A model generated the notes under the pieces. The model ran no database searches, was not told the DNA's origin, and saw only the letters and a program-made list of their open reading frames with translations. The position numbers were made by a program, and so were the translations under genes. From an uncultured Chloroflexia bacterium (GTDB taxonomy: Bacteria; Chloroflexota; Dehalococcoidia; DSTF01; JALHUB01), in NCBI GenBank assembly GCA_963726245.1, contig CAVSBT010000017.1, forward strand, positions 1 to 64,000: a stretch of 64,000 nucleotides of DNA, read 5' to 3'. Below are positions 41,781 to 52,630 of the stretch, piece after piece (position 1 is the stretch's first letter; each line of letters begins with the position of its first letter).

Positions 41781-44500
41781 ATGACCAGCGAGGCCGGCCC
41801 TCGCGGCGACATCCCCAAGGCCTACGACCCGCGGGCCGTGGAGGAGCGGCTGTACCGCTTCTGGGAGGAGCGCGGCCACTTCACGCCCCGCATAGACCCG
41901 CAGGGACGGCCCTTCACCATCATCATGCCGCCGCCCAACCTGACGGGCGAGCTGCACCTCGGCCACGCCCTGGAAGACACCATCACCGACATCCTCATCC
42001 GCTGGCACCGCATGCAGGGCGATCCCACCCTGTGGCTGCCCGGCATCGACCACGCCGCCATCGCTGTCCACGTGGTGGTGGAGAAGGAGCTGGCCAGGGA
42101 GGGCCTCACCCGCCACGAGATGGGCCGCGAACGCTTCCTGGAGCGCGTGTGGGACTTCGTGAACCGCAACCGCCGGCGCATCTTCGACCAGCACAAGCGG
42201 CTCGGCGCCTCGGCCGACTGGACCCGGGAGCGCTTCACGATGGATGAGGGCTCCCAGCGGGCCGTCCGCACCACCTTCCGCAGGCTCTACGACCAGGGCC
42301 TCATCTACCGGGGCGAGCGCATCATCAACTGGTGCCCGCGCTGCCAGACCGTCCTCTCGGACCTGGAGGTGGAGCACCACGAGCAGCAGGGCCACCTCTG
42401 GTACGTGCGCTATCCCCTTCTGAGCGGCGACGGCTCCCCGGAGGAGGGCCAGTACATCACCATCGCCACGACGCGGCCCGAGACGATAGTGGCCGACACC
42501 GGCATCGCCGTGCACCCCGGCGACGAGCGCTACGAGGCGCTGGTGGGGCGCCGCGCCCTCCTGCCCATCATCGGCCGTGCCATGCCCATCGTGGCCGACG
42601 AGGTGATCGACCCGGCGTTCGGCACCGGCGCCCTCAAGGTGACGCCCGGCCACGACCCCGTCGACTTCGACATCGGGCAGCGCCACGGCCTGCCCATCGT
42701 CAGCGCCATCGCACCGGATGCCACCATGAACGAGGAAGCCGGCCCCTACAAGGGCATGGACCGCGACGAGTGCCGGCGGGCCATCGTGCGCGACCTGGAG
42801 GAGCAGGGCTACCTGGTGAAGACGGAGCCCTACGTCCACTCCGTCGGCCACTGCTACCGCTGCGACAGCGTCGTGGAGCCGCTGGTCAGTCTCCAGTGGT
42901 TCATGCGCATGGAGCCCAGGCGGACTCGCCCGACCGGCCATCGAGGCGGTGAAGGACGGCCGCATCCGCTTCGTGCCGGAGCGCTTCGTGAAGGTCTACC
43001 TGAACTGGATGGAGAACATCCGCGACTGGTGCGTCTCGCGCCAGCTCTGGTGGGGCCATCGCATCCCCGTCTGGTACTGCGCCGACTGCGGCGAGCCAGA
43101 CGCTGCCCCTTCTGCCTGACGCGGGCGATCCCCTGGCGGACCCGACTAGCTGTCAGCACTGCGGGTCCGGCCGCATCGAACAGGACCCGGACACGCTCGA
43201 CACCTGGTTCTCTTCCGCCCTCTGGCCTCACTCCACGCTGGGCTGGCCTGACGACACCGAGGACCTTCGCTACTTCTATCCCACCTCCGTCATGCAGATG
43301 GGGTACGAGATCCTCTTCTTCTGGGGCGCCCGCATGATCATGACGGGGCTCTACAACATGGGCCAGGTCCCGTTTCACACCGTCTACATACATGGCCTCA
43401 TCCGCGACGACGAGGGTCGCAAGATGAGCAAGACGATAGGCAACGTGGTGGACCCGGTCGGGCTCGTCGAGCGCTACGGCGCCGATGCCCTGCGCTACGC
43501 CCTGGCCACGGGCTGCAGCCCCGGCAACGACATGCGCATCTCAGATCAGAAGCTGGAGGCCGGACGCAACTTCGCCAACAAGCTCTGGAACGCCGCCCGC
43601 TTCGTGCTCACCAACCTCGACGGCGCCGGGCTCGAGCGCCCTTCCCTCGACCGGCGGCAGGAGATGCCCCTGGAGGACCGCTGGATCATGTCGCGCCTCC
43701 AGCGGGTGGCGGCAGGCACCGGCCAGCTCCTGGAGCGCTTCGAGCTGGGCGAGGCGGGCCGGCAGCTCCACGACTTCCTCTGGGGCGAGTACTGCGACTG
43801 GTACGTGGAGATGGCCAAGGTGCGGCTACGGGAGGGCGACTCCTCGCCGCTGCCGGTGCTGGTTCACGTGCTGGACAGCAGCCTCCGCCTCCTGCACCCC
43901 TACATGCCCTACGTGACGGAGGAGATTCTGGCAGGCCCTGTCCGGCCACCTGCCGGACCGCGACGCCGAGGCCCTCATCGTGGCGCGCTTCCCGCAGCCC
44001 GACGCGGCCTGGTACGACGACGAGGCGGAGGCGCAGGCCGAGGCCGTCATCGAGGTGGTGCGCGCTATCCGCAACATCCGCTCCGAGCGACGGGTGGAGC
44101 CGGCCCGCTTCGTCGAGGCCCACGTCCAGGCGCCGCGCCTGCGCGCCGCCCTGGAGGCCAGCCGTCCCCTCATCGCCACGCTGGCCCGAGCCGAGCCCCT
44201 GCACATCGTCGGCGAGGAGGCGCGCCTGCCGAGCGAGAACGTGGCGACCGCCGTCCTGGCCGAGGGCCGCGTGGCCCTGCCCCTGGCCGGGCTCTTCGAC
44301 CTGGAGGCGGAGCGCAGCCGCCTCTCCCGCCAGATCAGCGAGCTGGAGGGCGAGGTGGGCCGCCTGGAGTCGCGTCTGGCCGACGAGCGCTTCCGCACCC
44401 GCGCGCCCGCCGCCGTCGTGCGACAGGAGGAGGAGCGGCTGGCCTCAGCCCGCTCCCGCCTGGAGGGCCTGCGCGCCCGCCTGAGCGAGCTGGGGAAGGC
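41781..44500 (+). CDS. valS: Valine--tRNA ligase (frameshifts near 42920, 43110 and 43930; stop codon not resolved)
   Basis: [56 protein letters not shown]-terminal coiled coil ending RLSELG near 44495. Confidence 0.93.
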
Positions 44501-44513
44501 CCGATGCCTCGAA

Positions 44514-47500
44514 TCAGCCAATAGGCCACTTCGGGATTGCCGCGTCGATCTCCGCCATGAGCCGCATGGTCTCATTGATGGCGACGACCATCTTCTCGTA
44601 GTGCTCGAGGTCCTCGTTGGAGAGCGTGCGGCGCGCGACGATCCTTCAGCCACTTCTGGCAGGGCTGGTAGCCGCCGACCCAGAACTCCCACACGCTCGC
44701 TGCGGTACGCCCTCGAAGTACTGTCCGCGAACGCCCGCCGTTGGGTTGCCCTTGTTGATGTAGACGCGGCCCGACCTCGACCGGCTTGCCGTCCTCCGGG
44801 CTTGGCTCGCCCGGCGCGACGTAGCGGGGGAAGCCGGGGTCCACGATGTTCGGGCCGGCGTACGGGGTAGCGGGTGATCGACTTCGCCAGCGTTGGCGAC
44901 TCCAACAGATGCAGCCCGACAAGCTCGCGCCCCTTCTCGACCAGTGTCCGGAAGAGGTCCAGGTTTGACGTGAGTGGGATACGCGGGAAGTCCGCCTTCA
45001 AGAACTGCGCGTAGCGGGTGCGATAGGTGGGCGAGTGCAGGACGGCGTAGATGTAGTGGAAGACGTCCTCCGGGCCGAAGGTGGCCTTGAGGTCGCCCTG
45101 TACCTTCTGAGACGAAGGTGAGACCGATACGTCCGGCGATGTCGTGCGACGAACTTCGGCTCGAAGTTGGGGCGGCGTCCATCCCTGCCCTCGGCCAGGG
45201 GGAGGCCGTAGGGAGCGCAGCCTGAGTGTCGACAGCCCCTTGGAGGCGGCGGGTACAAGTAGAGGGGGAAGACGAAACCATTGTTCAAGGTCTTCGGAGA
45301 CATGCAGCATGACTTCGGTGACTCGCCGGGTAACCTGACGCATGCCGGAATGTCTCGCCCTCGGTCAAACGAGTAGGTGACGAGTGCAAGGTTATTGCCC
45401 TGAAGCAGGTGTTGCATGACTCTCAGGCGGCGGTGCACAGCGACGTTCGAGTTGAAGACTGTCCATCGAACAATCAAGTGGCCGATAGAGAACCTGGCAG
45501 CAATTCGTTGCATCGCAGCCGCCGGATGCGCATTTCCTTCTTTGCGCGGCTCGTAGTTCCACTGAGACTGACGTGCAAAGTGCGAAGCAGCTTGACGGGC
45601 TTCGGCTTCGGTGCCCGTGGCGAGCAATGCCTCGCACTTTCGCGATTGCCTCTTCTCTAGTCCAACGAGATCGCAAACTGATCGTGAGTAGTGACGATTC
45701 CAGGCGCGGGGTCGCCGTTCTGGTTCATGACGCTTGTGGAATGCTACAGCCTTGTCAGTACTCCTCGAACAGGGACGTGTCCTGCGGGACGAAAAGATCC
45801 CGTCGGGGTTCCATGCGGGAAAGGTGGCCCACTTGGTAGGTCGATACGTCGGTATCGATGGAGCGCCAGCGTATTTGTTTTCACGCGAGCCCCACGAATC
45901 TCGCAGTGATGGACCGGCGGCGATATCCGCGCTTTGCCGGCTCCTTAACGAAGATGACCGATGGCCACCCCCTGCTGAATGTCGAAGACGTTCTGGTCTA
46001 GCTGAGCCGTCCGGGCAGCGCTCCTTCTTCTTGGAGTTGCCGTGCAGGTCGAGGACGTAGATGTCGTTGAAGGCGTTGCATCAACTGCTGGCGCATCCCT
46101 CGGAAAGTGGGGTTGTCGAGGTAGCTGTGGTTGGTGATGAAGGCCAGGATGCCGGCACCCGGTCCGCTCGATCCGCCACTGGCCCAAGCGGATGAACTTG
46201 ACGTAGTCGTCCTGGAGCCACTTCGGTTGCGCTGCCCAGCGGCTTGCCGTCCACTCGGTAGTAGTCCCGTCTGTAGTCCATCGATGCAAGGCTGACGCCG
46301 TCGATCCAGGTCGCCCTTGTTGGCCGAGTGGCCGGAGTAAGGCGGATTGCCCAGGACCACCATGATCGGCAGGTCGCGTTTGATCTCGGCGGCGGCGTTG
46401 GCCTCGTCGGCGATGAACCGGCGCGCCGAGCAGCAGGCTCGGCCTGCTTCGAGCGGCCTCCTCCAGAGTGTTCGTCAGGTAGACGCCCAGCCGGTCGTCG
46501 CCGGCGAAGTCGTAGGCCCAGTCCTTGCGCTGCCCCTCCGGCAGGTCCTGGCCCGCCAGTTGCATGCCGAGCTTGAGGTGCGCCACGGCGTAGGGGGCCA
46601 TCAGCAGCTCGAAGCCGAAGAGCCGCGGCAGGAGGTGCTCGCGCACGTAGCCCGACCACATACCCGCGTTGCCCTGCTTGCATGAACTGCGTCGCGGATC
46701 GAGGTCGACGACCGGCGTAGAGGAAGGTGCCGGTGCCGCAGGCCGGGTCGAGGATCAGGACGCGGGGGACGGTCTCCTGTCGCGTTCCTTGCCGTCCTCG
46801 TCGATGGCGCTCGTAGGTCACCGTGCCGGTGTCGGCCAGGCCGTCGGCGCAGGCCGAAGCGCGTCTTGAGCAGGTGGTCGACGGAGCGGACGATGTACGA
46901 CACGACGGGCTCGGGCGTGAAGTAGACGCCGCGCGCTCTCGCGCAGCTTGGGGTCGTAGGCGGCGAGAAAGGTCTCGTAGAAGTGGACGATCGGGTCCTC
47001 TCTGCCGCGTGCGCTTGCCGAACTCGGCGAGCACCGCCGTCCATGTCCGTGCTCGGTCGAGCAGCTGCGCCAGGTCGTCGACGAAGCCGACGATAGGGCT
47101 CATCGTCAAGGTCGGGGCCGGTGATCTGTGTCGAAGAGCTTGCGCAGGAACGGGTTGGTCTTCGGAATAGTCGCGGCGGCGTCCTGACGCCGGAAGCGGG
47201 CCGGGCCGTTGTGGTTCACCCGCGCTGCGAACAGCCCGTACGCTATCGTCTGCGAGAACATGTCCGCAAAGGCTTCGTGCAGGAGAGATCGGGGATGAGG
47301 ACTTCGGCGAATGCCTCGTGCAGGCCGCGCAACGTGGCCGACGCCGTCTTGTTCTGAAACGCTTGCACGAGTGATGTCGCGGATGAGGTGCGTTAGCCGT
47401 GCCAGGCGCTCGGCAAGCTCCTTGGGCTTAGAGATAGGCTGAGGCTTGTGGTCGAGGAAGCCGCGCAGGAGCGCCTCGGCCGCTTGGGCACCGTTCTTCT

Positions 47501-47908
47501 CAAGAACCAGATCTTGCTTGACTGTCTACACTCGCCAGACGCGCAATCATCCGCCGCTCGCCGTCCACATACCAACGGAACTCCAGGTAGTCGGTGAGGA
47601 TCAGATTCGGCAGACCCTTTGCGGTAGCGCTTGAGCTGCTCGCTCTTCTCGATGGACGCGAGCGGCGCGCCCACGTCCTTGGCCTCGATGTGGCCGATGG
47701 TGAGCGGGCCGTGCGCGGTGTTGCGGGAGACTACGTAGTCTGGCGCTCCGCACTCGACGTGCTTCGGCTCGTTGGTGGCTGTGACGCCGCTTGCCAGCGC
47801 CTCTACTAGCGCCTTCAAGGCGGGCCGGTGTGTGTGTTCGGTGTCGTCGCCGCGGGCCAGCGCCTTTGCGATGTCGGCGCGATACTGGGACAGTGGAGAA
47901 ACCGGCAC
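44514..47908 (-). CDS. Single-chain restriction-modification enzyme (N-terminal nuclease, N6-adenine MTase, Type ISP-like C-terminal specificity domain), heavily frameshifted
   Basis: TEHTHRPAL, CGAPDY..GHIEAK (PD-ExK), GVYFTPEPVVSYIV, ILDPACGTGTFL, GFELLMAPY, VLGNPPY, LQDDYVKFIR, ITNHSYLDNPTFRGMR, YIYAVLHSPTYRTRY..DFPRIP, GGYQPCQKWLKDR; ends IDAAIPKWPIG-stop. Confidence 0.8.
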
Positions 47909-48046
47909 GGTGCCTCCCCTCTTGCGCTGGGATTATAGCGTGTCCGCGCCGTGGGCGTCGACATGGACGCTCTGCATGCCTATGGCCCGGTGAAAACCAG
48001 GCCGGCTATGTCGAGCGCGGCGAAGTGCCCGGTGTCGTCACGCTGG

Positions 48047-48682
48047 TCAGCGGGCGCGGATGAAGGCGAAGTTCTTGTGGCGCGTGGGGATGGCCTCAAC
48101 GTCGCTGAAGCCGGCGTCCTTCAGCATCGGCGCCAGCTTGTCGACGATGCTCTCGCCGCGCGAGTGGCCGAAGATCGACAGTAGATGGCCGAGGGGGGAG
48201 TGGCTGTGCGCGGCGAAGTCCATCGCCATGAAGCGGCCGCCGGGCTTGAGGACACGCCGTATCTCGGCGAGCCCCGTGCGCTTGAGGTCATCGGGCAGGT
48301 GGTGCAGCATGAGGCTGCTGGTCACGAGGTCGAACGTCGCATCAGGGAACGGGATCGCCTCGATCAGGGCGACCTGGAAATCGATATCGGAGCCGGCCTT
48401 CGCCGCCTTCTCCTTGGCGACTTCGATCATCTCAGGGGAGGCGTCGATGCCGTGCACCTCGCCCGTTCCCACGCTGGACTTGAGGGCGAGGGCGAGCGTG
48501 CCGGTGCCGCAGCCGACGTCGAGCACCTTCTCGCCGGGCGCCGGCGCGGCCAGCTCAATGAGCTTCTCCCGGACCGCTTTGATCCGCCCGAACGAGATGA
48601 CTCTGCCGAAAAGGTCGTACCAGCGCGCCCAGTGGATGACGCGGCCTGCCGTGTGCGGGGCGTCAGCGGTCTTGTGGTGCAT
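48047..48682 (-). CDS. Class I SAM-dependent methyltransferase (UbiE/Methyltransf_11-like)
   Basis: VLDVGCGTGTL, GIDAS, PFPDATFD, MLHHL, RVLKPGG. Confidence 0.88.
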   Translation of the reverse strand: MHHKTADAPHTAGRVIHWARWYDLFGRVISFGRIKAVREKLIELAAPAPGEKVLDVGCGTGTLALALKSSVGTGEVHGIDASPEMIEVAKEKAAKAGSDIDFQVALIEAIPFPDATFDLVTSSLMLHHLPDDLKRTGLAEIRRVLKPGGRFMAMDFAAHSHSPLGHLLSIFGHSRGESIVDKLAPMLKDAGFSDVEAIPTRHKNFAFIRAR

Positions 48683-48699
48683 TCTCGAATCTCTCTCCC

Positions 48700-50055
48700 C
48701 TACCCCGCGCAGAAGATCGAGCAGTCGGGGCCGTGGATGCGCTCCGCCTCGGCGATGGCCTCCTCGACGGTCGCGGTGGGGGTGAAGCCGACGTGCCGCG
48801 GCACCGCCGGGTCCTCGGCGCCCGCCACGAAGACGCGACCGGCGTGTCGCAGGCGCTTCAGGGGGTGCGTGGCCAGGATGCCGTGGACGGGGTGGAAGGC
48901 GTAGCCCCGCCGGTACAGCTCGATGTAGTCACTTCGCGTGGCGAACTCGCCCAGGAAGCGCTCGCTGATCTCGTCGGGGTCCAGGGATTCGGTCAGCACC
49001 CGGTCCCACACCTCCGGGTACGAGGGGTGGTGCTCCATGTCCCACTGCTCGGGACAGGGCGTGGTGAGGATCACCGAGCACCCCGGCTTCCCCAGCGCCT
49101 CGATGTAGCCGCCCAGGTAGCCCAGGCCCGATGAGAGCAGCGTCAGGATGGGGTTCATTTTGGAGAAGGTGGCGTAGGGGCTCCAGTTGGGCACGCCGTA
49201 GATGATGACGTCGGCCCGCTCGGCGGCCGTCCGGCGCGGCGGGTTCTGGGCGGCCTGCACCTCCAGGGCGCGCGCCCGCGTCTCCGAGACGGTGCCGGCC
49301 CAGATGTGCGCTATCGTCATCGCGTCGGCCAGCAGCGTCTCCACCTTGAAGATGCGCCGACCGATGGACCTCTCCAGGTGCTCGCCCATCTCGTCGAAGA
49401 CGCCGTGCATGCGGTTGCCCCGCACCGACATCGACATGCCGTCCGGGGTGTGCGTCCAGCGGATGGAGCGCCAGGTGGAGAGCCCCACGCAGACCGACTT
49501 CCAGCCGCCGCTGAAGCCCAGCATGACGCCGGCGTTGACGTAGACCGTCAGGTCTGAGTCGGCGACCAGGCGGTGCACCTCCACGTCGTAGCCGCTGGCC
49601 GTCGTGCCGAGGTAGACCAGGTTCTCCGCGTCCTCGGCGTCGTGGCAGGCGAGCCGCGGCCCGAAGCGCTGGACCAGCTCCTCGCCCAGGATGCTCGACA
49701 GCTCTTCGCGCGTCCACTTGCGGTGGAGGGCGTTGGCGCAGACCAGGTTGACGTTCTCCTCCGGGACGCCGGCCTCCGCCAGCTCGGCGAGGATGGCCTC
49801 GATGACCAGGCGGCGGACCGGCCCGAAGGAGGGTATCGTCGGGTCGTCGAAGGCGATGAGCACGCGGGCGCCCGGGCGCACCAGCTCTCGGACGCGCGGC
49901 ATGCCCAGCGGCTTCGCCAGGGCGGCCAGGACGGCCTCCGACTGGTCCGCGACCGGCTGGAGGCCGCTGGCCAGCCCGCGAGAGGGGAAGCGCGTCCGGT
50001 CCGGCAGGCTGACCTCGACGGTGGTGTCGCCGTAGGGGAGGGTTCTCTTGATCAT
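48700..50055 (-). CDS. LarA-family (lactate racemase-like, DUF2088) protein
   Basis: LPYGD N-terminus, IAFDDPT, CANALHRK, CHDAED, GFSGGWKS. Confidence 0.75.
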   Translation of the reverse strand: MIKRTLPYGDTTVEVSLPDRTRFPSRGLASGLQPVADQSEAVLAALAKPLGMPRVRELVRPGARVLIAFDDPTIPSFGPVRRLVIEAILAELAEAGVPEENVNLVCANALHRKWTREELSSILGEELVQRFGPRLACHDAEDAENLVYLGTTASGYDVEVHRLVADSDLTVYVNAGVMLGFSGGWKSVCVGLSTWRSIRWTHTPDGMSMSVRGNRMHGVFDEMGEHLERSIGRRIFKVETLLADAMTIAHIWAGTVSETRARALEVQAAQNPPRRTAAERADVIIYGVPNWSPYATFSKMNPILTLLSSGLGYLGGYIEALGKPGCSVILTTPCPEQWDMEHHPSYPEVWDRVLTESLDPDEISERFLGEFATRSDYIELYRRGYAFHPVHGILATHPLKRLRHAGRVFVAGAEDPAVPRHVGFTPTATVEEAIAEAERIHGPDCSIFCAG

Positions 50056-50108
50056 CGTGCCCAACCCATATCAGACGGTACCACAGCGCGCAAGGGCCGG
50101 TTGGCATG

Positions 50109-50143
50109 GTAGGGGGCGTCCGCCTCTGGACGGACGCCCCTAC
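50109..50143. repeat. GTAG-flanked REP-like palindrome
   Basis: gtagggggcgtccg-cctctgga-cggacgcccctac. Confidence 0.6.
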
Positions 50144-50900
50144 TCCGACCCACAGCACCTGGCTCTTGAGGATCTCCCGGGGCATCGCCTCCAGGGCTGT
50201 CCTGACCCGGGCGGGCCACGGGCAGCAGCCGCTTCATCGTCCGGTCCTCCAGCCGCCGCAGGTAGGGGCAGCGCTTGAGGAAGGCGCCCAGCGTGTGGCG
50301 GTCCCCGCCCAGGAAGACGTAGTCCAGCTCCCGCTCGACAGGCCCGAAATGGGCCTGGACCGCCTCGCAGGCCTTGTCGAACATCTCCCGAATCTGCTTC
50401 TCGCGGATGCGGACGAATCGCGTCGCCGACTGGCCCCCGGCCTTGTGCCGGCCCTTAACGAACCTGTGGCCGCTCTTGGAATCGATCAGGCGCTCCCCCT
50501 CGAAGAGGCCGACGGCGTAGCGACCGAGCCGCAGCAGGACGACGCCCACGGTGCGCGGCTCGCTGAGCAGCGCGCGCAGAGGGGAGGTGTCGCATCCGGC
50601 CCGGCAGCCGGCATCGCGGAGGGGGAACGGAGGCAGCACCACCAGCCGGCGGGCGTCGCTCCAAAAGAAGACGGCGCCCGTCTCCGAGTCGAGTTCGCCG
50701 GCCAGGGCGTCGATCTCCTCGAGCCATGCGGCTTGACCGGGGGCAAGGTTGTCGTCGGGCGAGGGCCGTGCCGCCGGCGGCTGGCCCGCCTGCCGGCGAG
50801 GCAGGTACACGGTGAGCCAGTCGCCGGGGGAGGCCTCCAGGTCCGCCAGCAGCGCCTCCAGCCGGCGCCGCGTCAGCTGCTCCCGTCTTGTGATTTCCAC
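50140..50900 (-). CDS. Vms1/acVLRF1-type eRF1-like release factor / peptidyl-tRNA hydrolase (3' frameshift near 50200)
   Basis: GVVLLRLGRYAVG, FVKGRHKAGGQSATRF, FLGGDRHTL. Confidence 0.8.
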
Positions 50901-51139
50901 GACGGTTCCTCAGCCTCAGCATGCTCGCCTGCAAACACTGCCCATTGTGCCACACAAAGGCGGCGGAAGGGGGTGCAGCCGGGCCAGACAGATGCCGATG
51001 CTTTATCGGGAAAGCGTTAGGGGATTGAGGGCAAGGATGCATGGCTGCTCCCGATAGTGGCAAGAAGGCATTTAGGGTTTCATCAGCTAGTGCAGATGAT
51101 CAGGCGTCAGTTCGGGCCCCAGCGGGCGGAGGGAAGGCG

Positions 51140-51325
51140 ATGATCTGGCTGAAGGGCTGCCCCAAGTGTCATGGAGACATGCACTATGATCCCCTGGTTG
51201 AGGAGTACGTGTGCTTGCAGTGCGGTCTGGCGGTGGAGAGGCCGCCGGAAGAGTCCCTGTCGGAGGCTTTGACCGCCGGCGCGTCGCCGGTCGAGCCACT
51301 GCGCCTCGACCCGAAGAGCCCCTAG
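51140..51325 (+). CDS. Small zinc-ribbon protein
   Basis: MIWLKGCPKCHGDMHYDPLVEEYVCLQCG; GGAGGG RBS; terminator follows. Confidence 0.7.
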   Translation: MIWLKGCPKCHGDMHYDPLVEEYVCLQCGLAVERPPEESLSEALTAGASPVEPLRLDPKSP

Positions 51326-51345
51326 CACACCCTCCGGGTTGAACG

Positions 51346-51380
51346 AGGGGACCCCGTCCGACAGGACGGGGTCCCCTTTT
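51346..51380 (+). terminator. Rho-independent terminator
   Basis: aggggaccccgtc-cgacag-gacggggtcccct followed by T tract. Confidence 0.75.
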
Positions 51381-51383
51381 CGC

Positions 51384-51409
51384 GCACGGAGTTGAAGCTC
51401 CGTCCTTAC
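51384..51409. repeat. REP-like palindrome, GTA(A/G)GGAC..AGCTT.AGCT..GTCC family
   Basis: Reverse complement gtaaggacggagcttcaactccgtgc; related to 23012-23037 and 63971-63996. Confidence 0.6.
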
Positions 51410-51463
51410 GCTTGATTTCCCCGCCGTCTGCAGATTTTCCCTCGCCAGGGTCTCCCCGACGCG

Positions 51464-51482
51464 TGAACACGCGTGCTAACAT
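51464..51482 (+). promoter_or_regulatory. Putative LexA (SOS) box overlapping an extended -10 element of the nurA operon
   Basis: GAAC-acgc-GTGC (one mismatch to GAAC-N4-GTTC) overlapping TG-C-TAACAT. Confidence 0.4.
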
Positions 51483-51518
51483 GCCACCAGCGCATGTAAC
51501 TTGCGCCTGGAGGGCAGC

Positions 51519-52599
51519 TTGGTAGCTGAGCAGTCACCCCACGTCGATCTCAGGGAGCTGGCCCGGCGATACGACGCCCGGCCCCTGGACGACCGCCCCT
51601 ACGAGCCGCTTCCCTTGGCTGACCAGGCTCTCGACCAGGACGAGGAGGCGCTGAAGGCGCGCCTGCGCCAGCTCTCCTACGAGCTGCCGGCCAGCGAGTG
51701 GCGGCCCATCGCCTGCACAGGGGAGGGCGGCGGGCCCGCCGACGCGCCGCGCCGCTTCATCGACGGCAGCGTCTTCTCCCGCAGCGTGGCCGCTCTCTCC
51801 GTCGAGGGCCGCCGGCGGCCGGCCGTGCTCGCCTGCCTGGGCGCCCTCGGCCTCCACCTGGAGGGAGGACGCCTCGTGCGGCCCCCGGAGGGCTTCCGGC
51901 TGCGCACCGTCCTCTGCCTGCTGAGCAACGGCGTGCCCCAGGAGGACCTGCGCGACGATGGCCGAGGGGCTGGCTTCGCTAGGGATTGATCTGGTCGTCT
52001 CGGAGACGGCGGAGCTGGCCGCCGACTTCGAGGTGCTGCGACGGCGCACCTGGGACCTGGCGAAGGAGCGCATGGAGGAGGCGGAGAAAGAGGTCCTCTT
52101 CGCGGCGCCGGACGTGCCCGCGGTGGTGGACGGCCTGCTGGAGCGGCGGCTGGTCACCGTCGCCTCGCAGGGCATGGCGGCGGTGGGCGTCGTGAAGCGC
52201 CAGATGCGGCGCTACCTGCCCGACTCCCACCTCAACCTGCTCTACGACCTCGCCGCGGGCCAGCGCACGCCCGCCTTCCTTCTCGAGACGGAGCACGCCA
52301 CCGTCGTGAGCTGGTACCTGCGCCTCTCGTCCGCCGACGGGCTGTCCCCCGGCTACGGCATCGTCCGGCTGGCCGTCCCCCAGGACTACCTGGAGCGGCG
52401 CTTCCCGGCGCCCGCAGAGCGCTGGAACCAGCTTTCGGCGCTCTCCGACTGGCTGCGGGCGCTGCGCTGTCGAGAGGGGAGCTACCCCCGGGCCGGCGTC
52501 TCCCTGGAACCGATCGTCCGCGTGGAGGACGAGCTGCACGCCCTGCTGCCGGACATCCGGCAGGTGGCGGCCCGGCTGCAACGGGCCCTGGGCATCTAA
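51519..52599 (+). CDS. nurA: NurA-like (RNase H-fold) nuclease (frameshift near 51955)
   Basis: RRFIDGS (first acidic motif), RMEEAE, VVDGLL, GVVK, G.RTPAF, SWYLRL, GIVRL, PIVRVEDEL; GGAGGG-TTG start. Confidence 0.7.
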
Positions 52600-52630
52600 G
52601 GTCCGCCCTACGGCGGACAGGAGGGTGGAG

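Noticed and set aside
31157-44500. Mass pseudogenisation (folC, fabF, galE, purH, valS)
   Set aside because: Essential genes keep all motifs and lack in-frame nonsense decay; single-base indels are better explained by uncorrected long-read errors.
43826-45343. 505-aa minus-strand ORF and other long shadow ORFs (e.g. 31168-32766, 56286-58346, 6192-7484)
   Set aside because: They are antisense or alternate-frame products of high GC content, or chimeras of frameshifted real genes.
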